Shown piece by piece: positions 14,474 through 24,264 of a stretch of 45,861 nt of DNA (position 1 is the stretch's first letter; each line of letters begins with the position of its first letter). Under the pieces are notes generated by a model. It had not been told where the DNA came from. It worked only from the letters and a program-made list of their open reading frames with translations, and made no database searches. Position numbers and translations under genes: made by a program. The stretch spans positions 1 through 45,861 of the forward strand of contig CANDYP010000002.1 of assembly GCA_947425005.1 (NCBI GenBank). Direction: 5' to 3'. Origin of the DNA: Rickettsiales bacterium (lineage in GTDB: Bacteria; Pseudomonadota; Alphaproteobacteria; Rickettsiales; UBA1997).

Positions 14474-17059
14474 TTAGTTTGATGTTTTTTGGTGAAGACT
14501 TTTCCACACAAATTCCGATGTGAATGGAAGTAGCGGTGCCGCGGTTTCGCACATTGAAACTAAAACTGTGTAAAGCACATCGTAGGCGTCCTGCTTATCT
14601 TGATCAAAAATATTCTCCTCAGCTTTCTTCCAAAATCTTTGACGATTGCGGCGGATGTACCAGTTGTTCAAAGCTTCAAAAAATTGAATGAATTCTTCAC
14701 AAGCGGCGACAGTGTCGTAGTTCGTCATTGAGCCATCGATCTTAGAAACCGTTGCCTTCAGCTTGGCCAGAATGTAGCGATCCAGAATGTTGCTCAGATC
14801 TTTTTTGTACTCGATGCGATTGGCTTTTATTCCGTCAGCATTGGCGTAAAGGCAGAAGAAATTAAACGCGTTAATCAAAGGTTTGATTGACAAGCGTAAC
14901 GTGTCGCGAATCGCTTTACCGTCTTTGTCGATGCGCAATTCTTGGCCGCGCATGACGGGTTGAGAAATCATGTAGAAGCGCATGGCGTCTGATCCAAAAG
15001 TCGAAAAAATTTCCAAAGGATCGGCGTAATTTTTTAGACGCTTCGAAAGCTTTTGTGATTTTTCGTCCAAAATTGTGCCGTGGCAAATTACGTTTTTAAA
15101 CGGCGCGCGATCAAAAAGAGCGGTTGATAAAACCATTAATGTGTAGAACCAACCGCGAGTTTGGGCGACGTATTCCGTGATGAAGTCGGCGGGGAAATTT
15201 TGTTCAAAATGTTCTTTATTTTCGAAGGGATAATGCACTTGGGCGTAAGGCATTGAACCAGATTCGAACCAGCAATCTAGCACGTCGGTGACTCTACGAT
15301 AAGTCTCGCCATTTTCTTCAAAAACAATTTCGTCGATGTAAGGGCGGTGTAAATTGTCGATTTTTTTGCCGGCAACTTTTTCTAATTCCGCGACTGATCC
15401 GAAGACTTTTATTTTGCCGGACTCACTTTTCCAAACCGGTACGGGACAGCCCCAGAAGCGGTTGCGCGTGATTGACCAATCGCGTGCGCCTTCCAACCAT
15501 TTGCCGAATTGGCCGTCTTTGATGTGCGACGGAATCCAGTTGATGCCTTGGTTGAGCTCAACCATGCGGTCTTTAATGTCAGTAACTTTTACGTACCAAG
15601 AAGAGACGGCGCGGTAGATTAGTGGAGTGTCGGTGCGCCAGCAGTGCGGGTAGTTGTGGAGATATTGTTCGGTTTTTAGCCAAGCGCCGGTGCCTTTTAA
15701 ATATTTAATGATGTCGTCATTGGTGTCGAAAACTTGGCGGCCTTTTAGGGATAGAGATTGGGACGAGGAATCCTCCGTCGCGCTTTGCGCGCCATCTCCT
15801 TTTTCAAAGGAGTCTGGAATGTCGAATATCTCGGGGGTGAACTTTCCGCCTTCATCAACTGGGCAGAGAGTTGGGATTCCGTTGGCTTTACAAAGCAGTT
15901 GATCGTCTTCGCCGAATCCTGGCGCCATGTGAACGATGCCCGTTCCTTCCTCTGTGGTGACGAAGTCGCCGTGAAGGACCGTGAAGACGTTTTTATTGTT
16001 TTGAGTTTTTTCGTGATTGGCGAGGTAAGGGAAGAGGGGTTTGTACTTTAGGCCGACTAAATCAGTGCCTTTGCAGCTGGCGACTTTTTCCAACTCGCCA
16101 AAATCCTTCGAGAATTTTTCAATCAACCCTTCGGCCAAAATTAAAATTTCGCCACCTTTCTTAATTGCAGCGTAGTCAATATTTTTTCCGACGGCCAAAC
16201 CTAAATTCGAAGGAAGTGTCCAAGGGGTAGTTGTCCAAGCAACTAAGGAAATTCTAGCGGAATCGTGTTGTTTTAAAAATTCTGGCACTTCCTCTAACTC
16301 AAACTTCACCGTCACCGCCTTACTAGCCTTCTGCCTGTAAGAGTTATCCATCCTGGTCTCAAAGTTCGACAAAGGAGTTTGACAAGCCCAAGAATAAGGC
16401 ACGACGCGAAAATCTTCGTAAAGCAAACCCTTCTCATGCAGCTGTTTAAAGGCCCAAATCACCGATTCCATGTAGCTCAAATCCATCGTTTTGTAGCTGT
16501 TTTGGAAGTCGACAAAACGGCCTTGGCGCGTCACGTAATTTTCCCAATCATCCGCATATTTCATCACCGACTTGCGGCAGGCATTATTAAACTTTTCAAT
16601 CCCGTATTCCTGAATGGCGATTTGGCCGGAAATATTGCGGCCTTCCAGCGCGGTTAATTCTTTTTCAGTTTCCATTTCAACTGGCAGGCCGTGAGTATCC
16701 CAACCAAATTTGCGTTCAACTTTTTTGCCTTTCATGGTCTGGTAACGGGCGACTAAATCTTTGATGAAGCCGGTCAGCAAATGGCCGTAATGTGGTAAGC
16801 CGTTGGCAAAAGGGGGGCCGTCGTAAAAAACGAATTCTGATTTTTCTTCTTTAGGATGACGACAATTAGTGTGATTCTTCAAAGCGCATGGCTCTAATAC
16901 CGGAGACACGTTATCTTCATCCAACTCTTCAGAAAAATTTCTAATCTCAACCGATTTTTCGAAGATTTTTTCGGCTTGCCAAAAGCGCAAGATTTCTTCC
17001 TCCATTTTAGCGAAATCAAGATTCTGATTTGCCTCAGGATAATGTGATTTTTTTGTCAT
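14474..17059 (-). CDS. ileS: Isoleucyl-tRNA synthetase, eukaryote-like type 2, apparently lacking the C-terminal domain
   Basis: Start at MTKKSHYPE. Class-I signatures: PPFANGLPHYGHLLTG (HIGH) and KLSKRLKNY (KMSKS in the type-2 form). The ORF stops ~185 aa after KMSKS, at ...LPFTSEFVWKSLHQKTSN. Confidence 0.9.
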   Translation of the reverse strand: MTKKSHYPEANQNLDFAKMEEEILRFWQAEKIFEKSVEIRNFSEELDEDNVSPVLEPCALKNHTNCRHPKEEKSEFVFYDGPPFANGLPHYGHLLTGFIKDLVARYQTMKGKKVERKFGWDTHGLPVEMETEKELTALEGRNISGQIAIQEYGIEKFNNACRKSVMKYADDWENYVTRQGRFVDFQNSYKTMDLSYMESVIWAFKQLHEKGLLYEDFRVVPYSWACQTPLSNFETRMDNSYRQKASKAVTVKFELEEVPEFLKQHDSARISLVAWTTTPWTLPSNLGLAVGKNIDYAAIKKGGEILILAEGLIEKFSKDFGELEKVASCKGTDLVGLKYKPLFPYLANHEKTQNNKNVFTVLHGDFVTTEEGTGIVHMAPGFGEDDQLLCKANGIPTLCPVDEGGKFTPEIFDIPDSFEKGDGAQSATEDSSSQSLSLKGRQVFDTNDDIIKYLKGTGAWLKTEQYLHNYPHCWRTDTPLIYRAVSSWYVKVTDIKDRMVELNQGINWIPSHIKDGQFGKWLEGARDWSITRNRFWGCPVPVWKSESGKIKVFGSVAELEKVAGKKIDNLHRPYIDEIVFEENGETYRRVTDVLDCWFESGSMPYAQVHYPFENKEHFEQNFPADFITEYVAQTRGWFYTLMVLSTALFDRAPFKNVICHGTILDEKSQKLSKRLKNYADPLEIFSTFGSDAMRFYMISQPVMRGQELRIDKDGKAIRDTLRLSIKPLINAFNFFCLYANADGIKANRIEYKKDLSNILDRYILAKLKATVSKIDGSMTNYDTVAACEEFIQFFEALNNWYIRRNRQRFWKKAEENIFDQDKQDAYDVLYTVLVSMCETAAPLLPFTSEFVWKSLHQKTSN
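15766..15812. repeat. Family-B repeat fragment embedded in frame in the ileS CDS
   Basis: gaggaatcctccgtcgcgctttgcgcgccatctcctttttcaaaggag aligns with gccaaatcctccgtcgctacgcgccacctccttttgcaaaggagg (32087-32130). It encodes ...SFEKGDGAQSATEDS... in IleRS. Confidence 0.7.
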
Positions 17060-17178
17060 TTTTTTGGAAAATTTTTTAGAAGTGACTCTGTCGCAAGATA
17101 ACAAACAGCTTGAATTTAGGTCAATGGAAACTTAAAAAACCTGGGTCAATTCCCCCTCCTTAAAAATTATTTCCAGCC

Positions 17179-17649
17179 ATGACAAATAATAAAAACCAAG
17201 CGGTTATCAGCCATCTTAATATTATTCTTCGTAACGAATTAGTGGCGATTAACCAATATTTTTTGCATGCCAAAATCCTTGAAGATCAAGGCTTCACAAA
17301 GCTTGGCGCAGTAACAAAGGCTGAATCAATTGACGAGATGAGACATGCCGACATCATCATCGCCCGCATTTTATTTTTAAAAGGCATCCCAAAAATGACT
17401 GATTACAAAAACTTAAATATCGGTGAAACCGTTGAAGTGATGCTGGCAAATGATTTTCAATTAGAAGTTGAAGCGATTGCTGATTTAAAAAGTGCAATCT
17501 CGGCAGCTTGTGAAAATAAAGACACCGGAACTAAAGACCTTTTAGAAAAAATCCTCATCAGTGAAGAAGGGCACTACTCTTTCCTAGAGACTCAAATTGA
17601 TCTCATCAAAAAAATCGGATTACAAAATTATCTGACGACGCAGTTGTAA
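17179..17649 (+). CDS. bfr: Bacterioferritin
   Basis: 156 aa. HLNIILRNELVAINQYFLHAKIL...EMRHAD...EEGH is the ferritin-like di-iron pattern of Bfr. Confidence 0.92.
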   Translation: MTNNKNQAVISHLNIILRNELVAINQYFLHAKILEDQGFTKLGAVTKAESIDEMRHADIIIARILFLKGIPKMTDYKNLNIGETVEVMLANDFQLEVEAIADLKSAISAACENKDTGTKDLLEKILISEEGHYSFLETQIDLIKKIGLQNYLTTQL

Positions 17650-17699
17650 TCACCCTCCAACACCACGTAAATTTTAAAATTCTCTCCATTCTCGTACAA

Positions 17700-18971
17700 A
17701 TGAAAAAAATTAAAGTTGGTCTTGCGGGGCTTGGCACCGTAGGGCAGGGCGTTTATGACATTATTAAAAAAGACGCCAAGATTTTAGAATTGCGCAGCCA
17801 AACTAATTTTGAAATCACCGCAGTGGCTTCGCGCAGCAAAAAAGATTTCGTTGATCCAAAAATTAAATTTTACTCAAACATTATTGATCTAGCTAGCGAC
17901 CCAGAAGTCGACGTGGTCGTTGAAGTTATTGGCGGAACTGAGGTTGCCAAAGATCTCGTGGTAGCTGCAATTAAAAATGGCAAAAAAGTTATTACGGCAA
18001 ACAAAGCTTTGCTTGCAGAATGCGGCGCTGAAATTGCTGAATTAGTGCAAAAGCACAACGGCCACATCGGCTTCGAAGCTTCAACCGCCGGCGCTAATCC
18101 CGTCATTAAAACCTTCAAAGAAAGTTTTACTGCCGGCGAAGTTACGGAATTTTACGCGATCTTGAATGGCACTTGTAATTTTATTCTGACCAAAATGACC
18201 AACGAAGGGTCAGATTTTTCCGAGACTTTGCAAGAGGCTCAAAGGTTGGGCTACGCTGAAGCTGATCCAACTTTGGACATCAAGGGCATCGACACCGCTC
18301 ACAAATTAGCAATTCTTGCTGCGATCTCATCCTCATCCAACCCAGCATTTAAGCAGCTTCACATCGAAGGCGTTGACGAAGTTACGATTGAAGATGTTAA
18401 GCTCGCTGATGATTTGGGCTACAAAATCAAACTTTTAGCGATTTACAAAAAGCTCGATGGAGCCATGCAGCAAGCGGTTTACCCTGCCTTGCTAAAAAAA
18501 TCGGAAAAGATCGCGCAAGTTGACGGGCCGTTTAATGCGGTCTTGGTTAACACTACAAATGCGAGTTGGAATTTGTCGGTTGGACGCGGTGCTGGTGGGC
18601 TTACAACTGGCTCAGCCGTAGTTGCAGATTTGATCGACATTGCTTGTAATCGCGCATCTCCCTTGTTTGGTGTTGAGGCTTCACAATTGTCTGAATCCAA
18701 GCTAATCAACATCTCACAACGTGTCGGTAAATATTTTTTAAAATTAGTAATCGACAAAAATTCTGCGCAAAAAACTAATTTGGCGGAAGTTGTTTTCGGC
18801 GACAAAATTAAAATCGAACAAGTCGCTTTCATTGATGCTGGCGAAGAAATTGTGTGCGGCTTTTTAACCGATGGGCAGAAAGAGCAAAATGTGGTGGAGC
18901 TCTTGAAAGGCCTTGATTCTGGCTTGGTTAAGTCTGCTAAGTTTTTGCGTGTCGAAGAAACTAATTTTTAA
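17700..18971 (+). CDS. hom: Homoserine dehydrogenase
   Basis: 423 aa. N-terminal GLAGLGTVG Rossmann motif, then VITANKAL, FEASTAGANPVI, ILNGTCNFIL and LGYAEADPTLDI, with a C-terminal ACT-like region. Confidence 0.92.
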   Translation: MKKIKVGLAGLGTVGQGVYDIIKKDAKILELRSQTNFEITAVASRSKKDFVDPKIKFYSNIIDLASDPEVDVVVEVIGGTEVAKDLVVAAIKNGKKVITANKALLAECGAEIAELVQKHNGHIGFEASTAGANPVIKTFKESFTAGEVTEFYAILNGTCNFILTKMTNEGSDFSETLQEAQRLGYAEADPTLDIKGIDTAHKLAILAAISSSSNPAFKQLHIEGVDEVTIEDVKLADDLGYKIKLLAIYKKLDGAMQQAVYPALLKKSEKIAQVDGPFNAVLVNTTNASWNLSVGRGAGGLTTGSAVVADLIDIACNRASPLFGVEASQLSESKLINISQRVGKYFLKLVIDKNSAQKTNLAEVVFGDKIKIEQVAFIDAGEEIVCGFLTDGQKEQNVVELLKGLDSGLVKSAKFLRVEETNF

Positions 18972-18976
18972 GTTCA

Positions 18977-21148
18977 ATGTCCAATTTCATCCTCGAAATT
19001 CTAAGCGAAGAAATTCCTGCCGTAATGCAAAAAGCAGCAGCAGAAAATTTCACCAAAATCGCACTCGAAATTTTTGCCAAAAATAATTTAGCACTCGATC
19101 AATCTCAGGTAAAATCTTTCGTCACCCCGCGCCGCTTAGTTCTTTTTATTAGCGACTTACAAATCGCGCAAACCATTCCCCCAGTTAGGCGAGTCGGTCC
19201 CAAAATTAACGCCGACAAAAAGGCTGTTGCCGGATTTTTAAAATCAGTCGGTCTACAAAATGAATCCGAACTTGAGCAAGTCGAAAATAACGGCGCCATT
19301 TGTTTTCTTTTTGAAGGTAAGGCTCAAGAGGTTAGAACTGCCGAAGTAATCAAAAATTCTTTGCCGCAAATTTTACAAAAAATGGTCAGTGCTTGGCCAA
19401 AATTAATGCGCTTCGATGTGGCTGGAAGCGTTGAACAGCCTAGATGGATTCGGCCGGTCAGAAATATTTTAGCACTTTTTGATTCAGAAATTATTCCTTT
19501 CGAATTTGCTGGATTAAAATCAAACAACCTAACTTACGGACATTTTTTAAAATGCCGCGACGCCGTTAAAATCAACTCCGCAGCAGATTACAAAAAAACT
19601 CTGCAAGAAAATTTTGTGATGTTGGATGGCGCAGAGCGTAAGAAAAAAATCTTGGAACAGGTCGCTAAAATTAAGTCTGATTTGAACTTAGTAACAATTG
19701 ACGACGCCGAAAAATCTCCACTTTTTGACGAGATCACCGGACTGTGCGAATGGCCAACAGCATTGGTCGCATCCATTGATCAAAAATTCATGGATTTGCC
19801 GGACGAAGTTTTGATTTTAACTCTGAAACTAAACCAAAAATATTTGTGTTTGAGAGACGCTAAAGAAAATTTGGCGCCGAAATTTATCTTCATTAGCAAT
19901 GCAATCTCTGACCAAAATTCCGAAAAAAAAATCATCAAAGACAACGAAAAATTAGTTCACGCTCGCTTGAGCGACGCTCAATTTTTTATCGCTGAAGATT
20001 TGAAGAGGTCTTTAATTTCAAGGCTTGATAGTCTGAAGCAAGTTGTGCTTCACGCCAAGCTCGGATCAGTTTACGACAAAACCCGCCGCCTAAATCACTT
20101 AACAAAATTCCTGTCAATTTTTGTGCCGCATTGCGATTTACCTTTGGTGGAGCGCGCCACAGATTTGTGTAAAATTGATTTAGTCACTAAAACTGTTGCA
20201 GAGTTGCCAGAGCTGCAAGGCCGAGTGGGCAGCTTCTACGCTCAAAAACAAGGCGAAAATAAAAAAATTGTTGCCGCAATTTACGAACATTATTTGCCGC
20301 AAGGTTCAGGCGCTGAATTACCAAAAACTTCTCTCGGCATCGCCCTTTCAATTGCTGACAAAATGGACGCGATTGTGGGCTTCTTTTTGGCTGACGAAAA
20401 GCCAACCAGTTCAAAAGATCCCTACGCTTTGCGCCGTGCTGCTCTAGGCATCATCCGCATTGGTTTTGAATACAACATCGCTTTTCCAATTCGCATTTTA
20501 GTCGAGAAATCACTCAGCGCTTACCAAGTGAAATTGGCCAAAACTTTGCTGAAAGACAAAGAACTAAAATTTGAAGAAGCCAAAAAAGTTTTGGTTGAAG
20601 AGATCATCCGATTCTTCGTCGAAAGGTTAAAATTTTACCTCAAAGAAACTGAATTGCTCCGAGCTGACATCATTAACGAAGTGATCGACCAATATCTCGC
20701 GAACCTAGAGATTCACAAGTATTGCGACATTTTGTATTTGGCCAAAAAAATCAGATTTTTAGATTCTTTCATCAAAGACGAGAAGAATCGCAACATCCTC
20801 GAACTCTACAAAAGATCGGCAAATATTTTAGCGATTGAAGAGAAAAAAGACGGCAAAAAATTTCACGAAAAACCAGTACTACTTTCTTTGAAAAGCAAAT
20901 ACGAAACACTGCTTTACAAGCGCATCAAAGAGATTCGCTCTGATTTTAAAAAGTTGATTATTAAAGGTGAATTCGAAGCGGCATTTAAATTACTTCACGT
21001 CCTGGAGGCGCCATTGACGCACTTCTTCGACCATTTGATTGTTAATGATGCTGACGAACATGTCCGCTCGAATCGTTTGGCAATCCTTGCTAAAATCCGC
21101 ACACTTTTTGCGCAAGTGGCTGATCTTTCCAAGATCGAAATTTCGTAA
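18977..21148 (+). CDS. glyS: Glycyl-tRNA synthetase beta subunit
   Basis: 723 aa. N-terminal ILEILSEEIPA, then TPRRL, ELPELQG and DPYALRR. No glyQ lies immediately upstream (hom does). Confidence 0.92.
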   Translation: MSNFILEILSEEIPAVMQKAAAENFTKIALEIFAKNNLALDQSQVKSFVTPRRLVLFISDLQIAQTIPPVRRVGPKINADKKAVAGFLKSVGLQNESELEQVENNGAICFLFEGKAQEVRTAEVIKNSLPQILQKMVSAWPKLMRFDVAGSVEQPRWIRPVRNILALFDSEIIPFEFAGLKSNNLTYGHFLKCRDAVKINSAADYKKTLQENFVMLDGAERKKKILEQVAKIKSDLNLVTIDDAEKSPLFDEITGLCEWPTALVASIDQKFMDLPDEVLILTLKLNQKYLCLRDAKENLAPKFIFISNAISDQNSEKKIIKDNEKLVHARLSDAQFFIAEDLKRSLISRLDSLKQVVLHAKLGSVYDKTRRLNHLTKFLSIFVPHCDLPLVERATDLCKIDLVTKTVAELPELQGRVGSFYAQKQGENKKIVAAIYEHYLPQGSGAELPKTSLGIALSIADKMDAIVGFFLADEKPTSSKDPYALRRAALGIIRIGFEYNIAFPIRILVEKSLSAYQVKLAKTLLKDKELKFEEAKKVLVEEIIRFFVERLKFYLKETELLRADIINEVIDQYLANLEIHKYCDILYLAKKIRFLDSFIKDEKNRNILELYKRSANILAIEEKKDGKKFHEKPVLLSLKSKYETLLYKRIKEIRSDFKKLIIKGEFEAAFKLLHVLEAPLTHFFDHLIVNDADEHVRSNRLAILAKIRTLFAQVADLSKIEIS

Positions 21149-21312
21149 CTGATCGTAATAATTTGTCAGAAATTTTACCTTCCAAAGCTTTGCTTTACAA
21201 AAAGTTGCGGTTAGAATTTCTGGAAATTTGACACTTGATTTCGCCCTACATAATCAAGTCGCCAAACATCTCTTACAGTAAAAAAATTTCCCAAAAAACT
21301 ACGTTTTAAAAA

Positions 21313-21485
21313 CCTCCTTTGAAAAAGGAGGTGGCGCGAGAAGCGCTGGAGGATTTGCTGCAACAAGCGCGGTCTGTTTTAGCTAAACCGACTCGTTGCC
21401 AAATCATCCGCCGCTACGCACCTTCTTGCTAAAAACGTGCATTAAGCACGTTTTTTTAACGCTTAAAGCCTTTTTCAAAGGAGGC
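21313..21485. repeat. Family-B nested palindromic element (~173 bp), orientation 1
   Basis: The ends cctcctttgaaaaaggagg...cctttttcaaaggaggc are inverted repeats. Internal pairs are ggaggatttgc/gccaaatcatcc and the hairpin aaaaacgtgc-atta-gcacgttttt. Its reverse complement aligns along its whole length with 31956-32131. Confidence 0.85.
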
Positions 21486-21510
21486 TTACACGACAACAAT
21501 TTCTTAAAAA

Positions 21511-24171
21511 ATGACTACACAAAAATTCGTTTATTCTTTCGGTGACGGTAAATCTGAAGGCGATGCCTCGATGAAAAATCTTTTAGGTGGCAAAGGTGCC
21601 AACCTTGCAGAGATGTCTAAAATGGGTCTGCCAGTGCCTCCAGGGTTTACCATCACAACTGAATTTTGCGATTTTTATTACAAGAATGACAAAAAATTTC
21701 CCGACACTTTAAGAAAAAAAGTTGCCGTCGCTCTTGCCCAAGTCGAAGAAAAAATTGGCGCCAAATTCGGCAGCGAAGAAAACCCACTTTTATTCTCAGT
21801 GCGCTCCGGAGCTAGAGCTTCAATGCCTGGAATGATGGACACAGTTTTAAATTTAGGCTTGAACGACAAAACAGTTTTGGGCCTTGCCGAAAAATCCGGC
21901 AACAAACGCTTCGCTTTCGACTCTTACCGTCGCTTCATTCAAATGTATTCCGACGTAGTTTTGGGAGTCGATCACTACAATTTTGAAGTGATCTTGGATG
22001 AGAAAAAACACGAGTTCGGCGCCTCTGCTGACACCGATCTTTCCGCCGAAAATCTTGAAGAAATCTCGGTGCTTTTCAAAGCAAAAGTAAAAGAAGAATT
22101 GGGTCGCGAATTTCCGCAAGACGTTAACGAACAGTTGTGGGGCGCGGTTGAAGCCGTCTTTGCTTCTTGGATGAATGATCGTGCCACGATTTACCGCCAA
22201 TTGAATGACATCCCAGCAAGTTGGGGCACGGCTGTGAACGTGCAGTCAATGGTCTTCGGCAACATGGGTGACACTTCCGCAACCGGCGTGGCCTTTACGC
22301 GCAACCCCTCAACTGGGGCGCACGAACTTTACGGAGAATATTTAATTAACGCGCAAGGCGAAGATGTGGTTGCCGGTATTAGAACTCCACAATCAATCAC
22401 TAATGCAGGCAAGAAGCAGCTCGATTCCACTTTGCCTTCAATGGAAGAAACCATGCCGGAAGTGTTTTTAGAGCTCGAAAAGATTTACCAAAAATTGGAA
22501 TTGCATTACCGCGACATGCAAGACATCGAATTCACCGTGCAAAATAAAAAGCTGTGGATGCTACAAACCCGCAACGGTAAACGCACTGCTCACGCTGCCG
22601 TAAAAATCGCTGTTGACATGGTTGGCGAAAAATTAATCAGCAAAAAAGAAGCTTTGCTGCGCATTGATCCCGCTAGTTTGGATCAACTTTTACATCCAAC
22701 TCTTGATCCAAAAGCCAAAGTACAAATTATTGCGAAGGGTCTCCCAGCTTCTCCTGGCGCCGCTTCTGGTGTTGTGGTATTTTCTTCTGCTGAAGCTGAA
22801 AAAAGATCTGAAAATGGCGACAAAGTTATTTTGGTCCGCGTTGAAACCAGTCCTGAAGACATCAAAGGAATGCACGTTTCTCAAGGAATTCTCACCGCTC
22901 GCGGTGGAATGACATCACACGCAGCCGTTGTAGCGCGTGGCATGGGAACGCCTTGCGTGTCTGGCGCTGGCGGTCTTAACGTTGATCACGCCGGGCAATT
23001 TTTTACTGCCAATGGCGTGAAAGTAAAAGAAGGCGAAACCATCACCATCAACGGCTCAACCGGTGACGTGATTCTCGGTTTAGTGCCAACTTTAAAGCCA
23101 AATTTATCCGAAGATTTTCAAACAATAATGAAATGGGCGGATGAGGTGCGTGTGTTAAAAGTGCGCACCAATGCTGAAACTCCACTTGATTGCCAAACCG
23201 CGCGCGACTTTGGCGCCGAAGGTATCGGCCTCTGCCGAACTGAGCACATGTTTTTCAGCTCTGATCGCATCGTTGCAGTTCGCGAAATGATTTTGGCCGA
23301 AGAATTAGACGGCCGCAAAAAAGCTTTGGCAAAATTGCTTCCAATGCAACGCGCTGACTTTGTCGAGATTTTCAAAATAATGGACAGCTTGCCGGTTACA
23401 ATCCGCTTGCTTGATCCCCCGCTTCACGAATTTTTGCCGCACAAAGATCACGAAATTGCTGAAGTTGCGAAAGCTGTGGGCGTTGATGTTAATTACGTCA
23501 AACACCGCACCAGCCAACTTCAAGAACAAAATCCGATGCTTGGCCACCGCGGTTGTCGTCTTGGAATTTCTTATCCGGAAATCTACGAAATGCAGGCTCG
23601 CGCGATTTTTGAAGCTGCTTCAATCGTCAAAAAAGAAACCGGACAAAACGTACTTTTAGAAATAATGGTGCCGCTAGTTGCGACCAGAAAAGAGCTACAA
23701 ATTTTGAAAGATTTGATTGTTGCAACTGAGAAATCCGTCGAAACAGAATCTGGCGTAAAATTAAGCTACATGGTTGGAACAATGATCGAGCTTCCTAGGG
23801 CTGCTTTGATGGCCGACCAAATTGCAAATGAAGCTGAGTTCTTCAGTTTTGGCACCAACGATCTAACTCAAACTACTTTTGGATTAAGTCGTGACGACTC
23901 CGCCAGTTTCTTGGGTCACTACCAAAAAGCCGGAATTTTAGAAAAAGATCCCTTTGCCGAACTAGACCAAGACGGCGTCGGCCAGTTAATCAAAATCGCC
24001 GTCGAAAAAGGCAAGGCTACAAGAAAAGACATCAAACTAGGCATCTGCGGCGAACACGGCGGCAACCCCGCCTCAATCGAATTCTGCCACAAAACGGGAT
24101 TGCATTACGTCAGCTGCTCTCCTTACCGCGTGCCGATCGCGAGATTGGCGGCGGCTCGGGCGGCTTTGTAG
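21511..24171 (+). CDS. ppdK: Pyruvate, phosphate dikinase
   Basis: 886 aa. GGKGANLAEM, the phospho-His region GGMTSHAAVVARG and the PEP-utilising C-terminus GLCRTEHMF...FFSFGTNDLTQ. Confidence 0.95.
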   Translation: MTTQKFVYSFGDGKSEGDASMKNLLGGKGANLAEMSKMGLPVPPGFTITTEFCDFYYKNDKKFPDTLRKKVAVALAQVEEKIGAKFGSEENPLLFSVRSGARASMPGMMDTVLNLGLNDKTVLGLAEKSGNKRFAFDSYRRFIQMYSDVVLGVDHYNFEVILDEKKHEFGASADTDLSAENLEEISVLFKAKVKEELGREFPQDVNEQLWGAVEAVFASWMNDRATIYRQLNDIPASWGTAVNVQSMVFGNMGDTSATGVAFTRNPSTGAHELYGEYLINAQGEDVVAGIRTPQSITNAGKKQLDSTLPSMEETMPEVFLELEKIYQKLELHYRDMQDIEFTVQNKKLWMLQTRNGKRTAHAAVKIAVDMVGEKLISKKEALLRIDPASLDQLLHPTLDPKAKVQIIAKGLPASPGAASGVVVFSSAEAEKRSENGDKVILVRVETSPEDIKGMHVSQGILTARGGMTSHAAVVARGMGTPCVSGAGGLNVDHAGQFFTANGVKVKEGETITINGSTGDVILGLVPTLKPNLSEDFQTIMKWADEVRVLKVRTNAETPLDCQTARDFGAEGIGLCRTEHMFFSSDRIVAVREMILAEELDGRKKALAKLLPMQRADFVEIFKIMDSLPVTIRLLDPPLHEFLPHKDHEIAEVAKAVGVDVNYVKHRTSQLQEQNPMLGHRGCRLGISYPEIYEMQARAIFEAASIVKKETGQNVLLEIMVPLVATRKELQILKDLIVATEKSVETESGVKLSYMVGTMIELPRAALMADQIANEAEFFSFGTNDLTQTTFGLSRDDSASFLGHYQKAGILEKDPFAELDQDGVGQLIKIAVEKGKATRKDIKLGICGEHGGNPASIEFCHKTGLHYVSCSPYRVPIARLAAARAAL

Positions 24172-24264
24172 TAAGGTTTAATATTTTTAACCTCACACCG
24201 TAAAACAGAGCTAACCCACTAAAAAATCTCTCTCAAATACAAAGAAATTTTTAAGTATTTTCGT

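Noticed and set aside
18972-18976. hom-glyS 5-nt junction and absence of glyQ upstream of glyS
   Set aside because: This is unusual gene order, but tight packing is the rule in this window. glyQ may be elsewhere, and nothing in the sequence suggests a fused or novel GlyRS.
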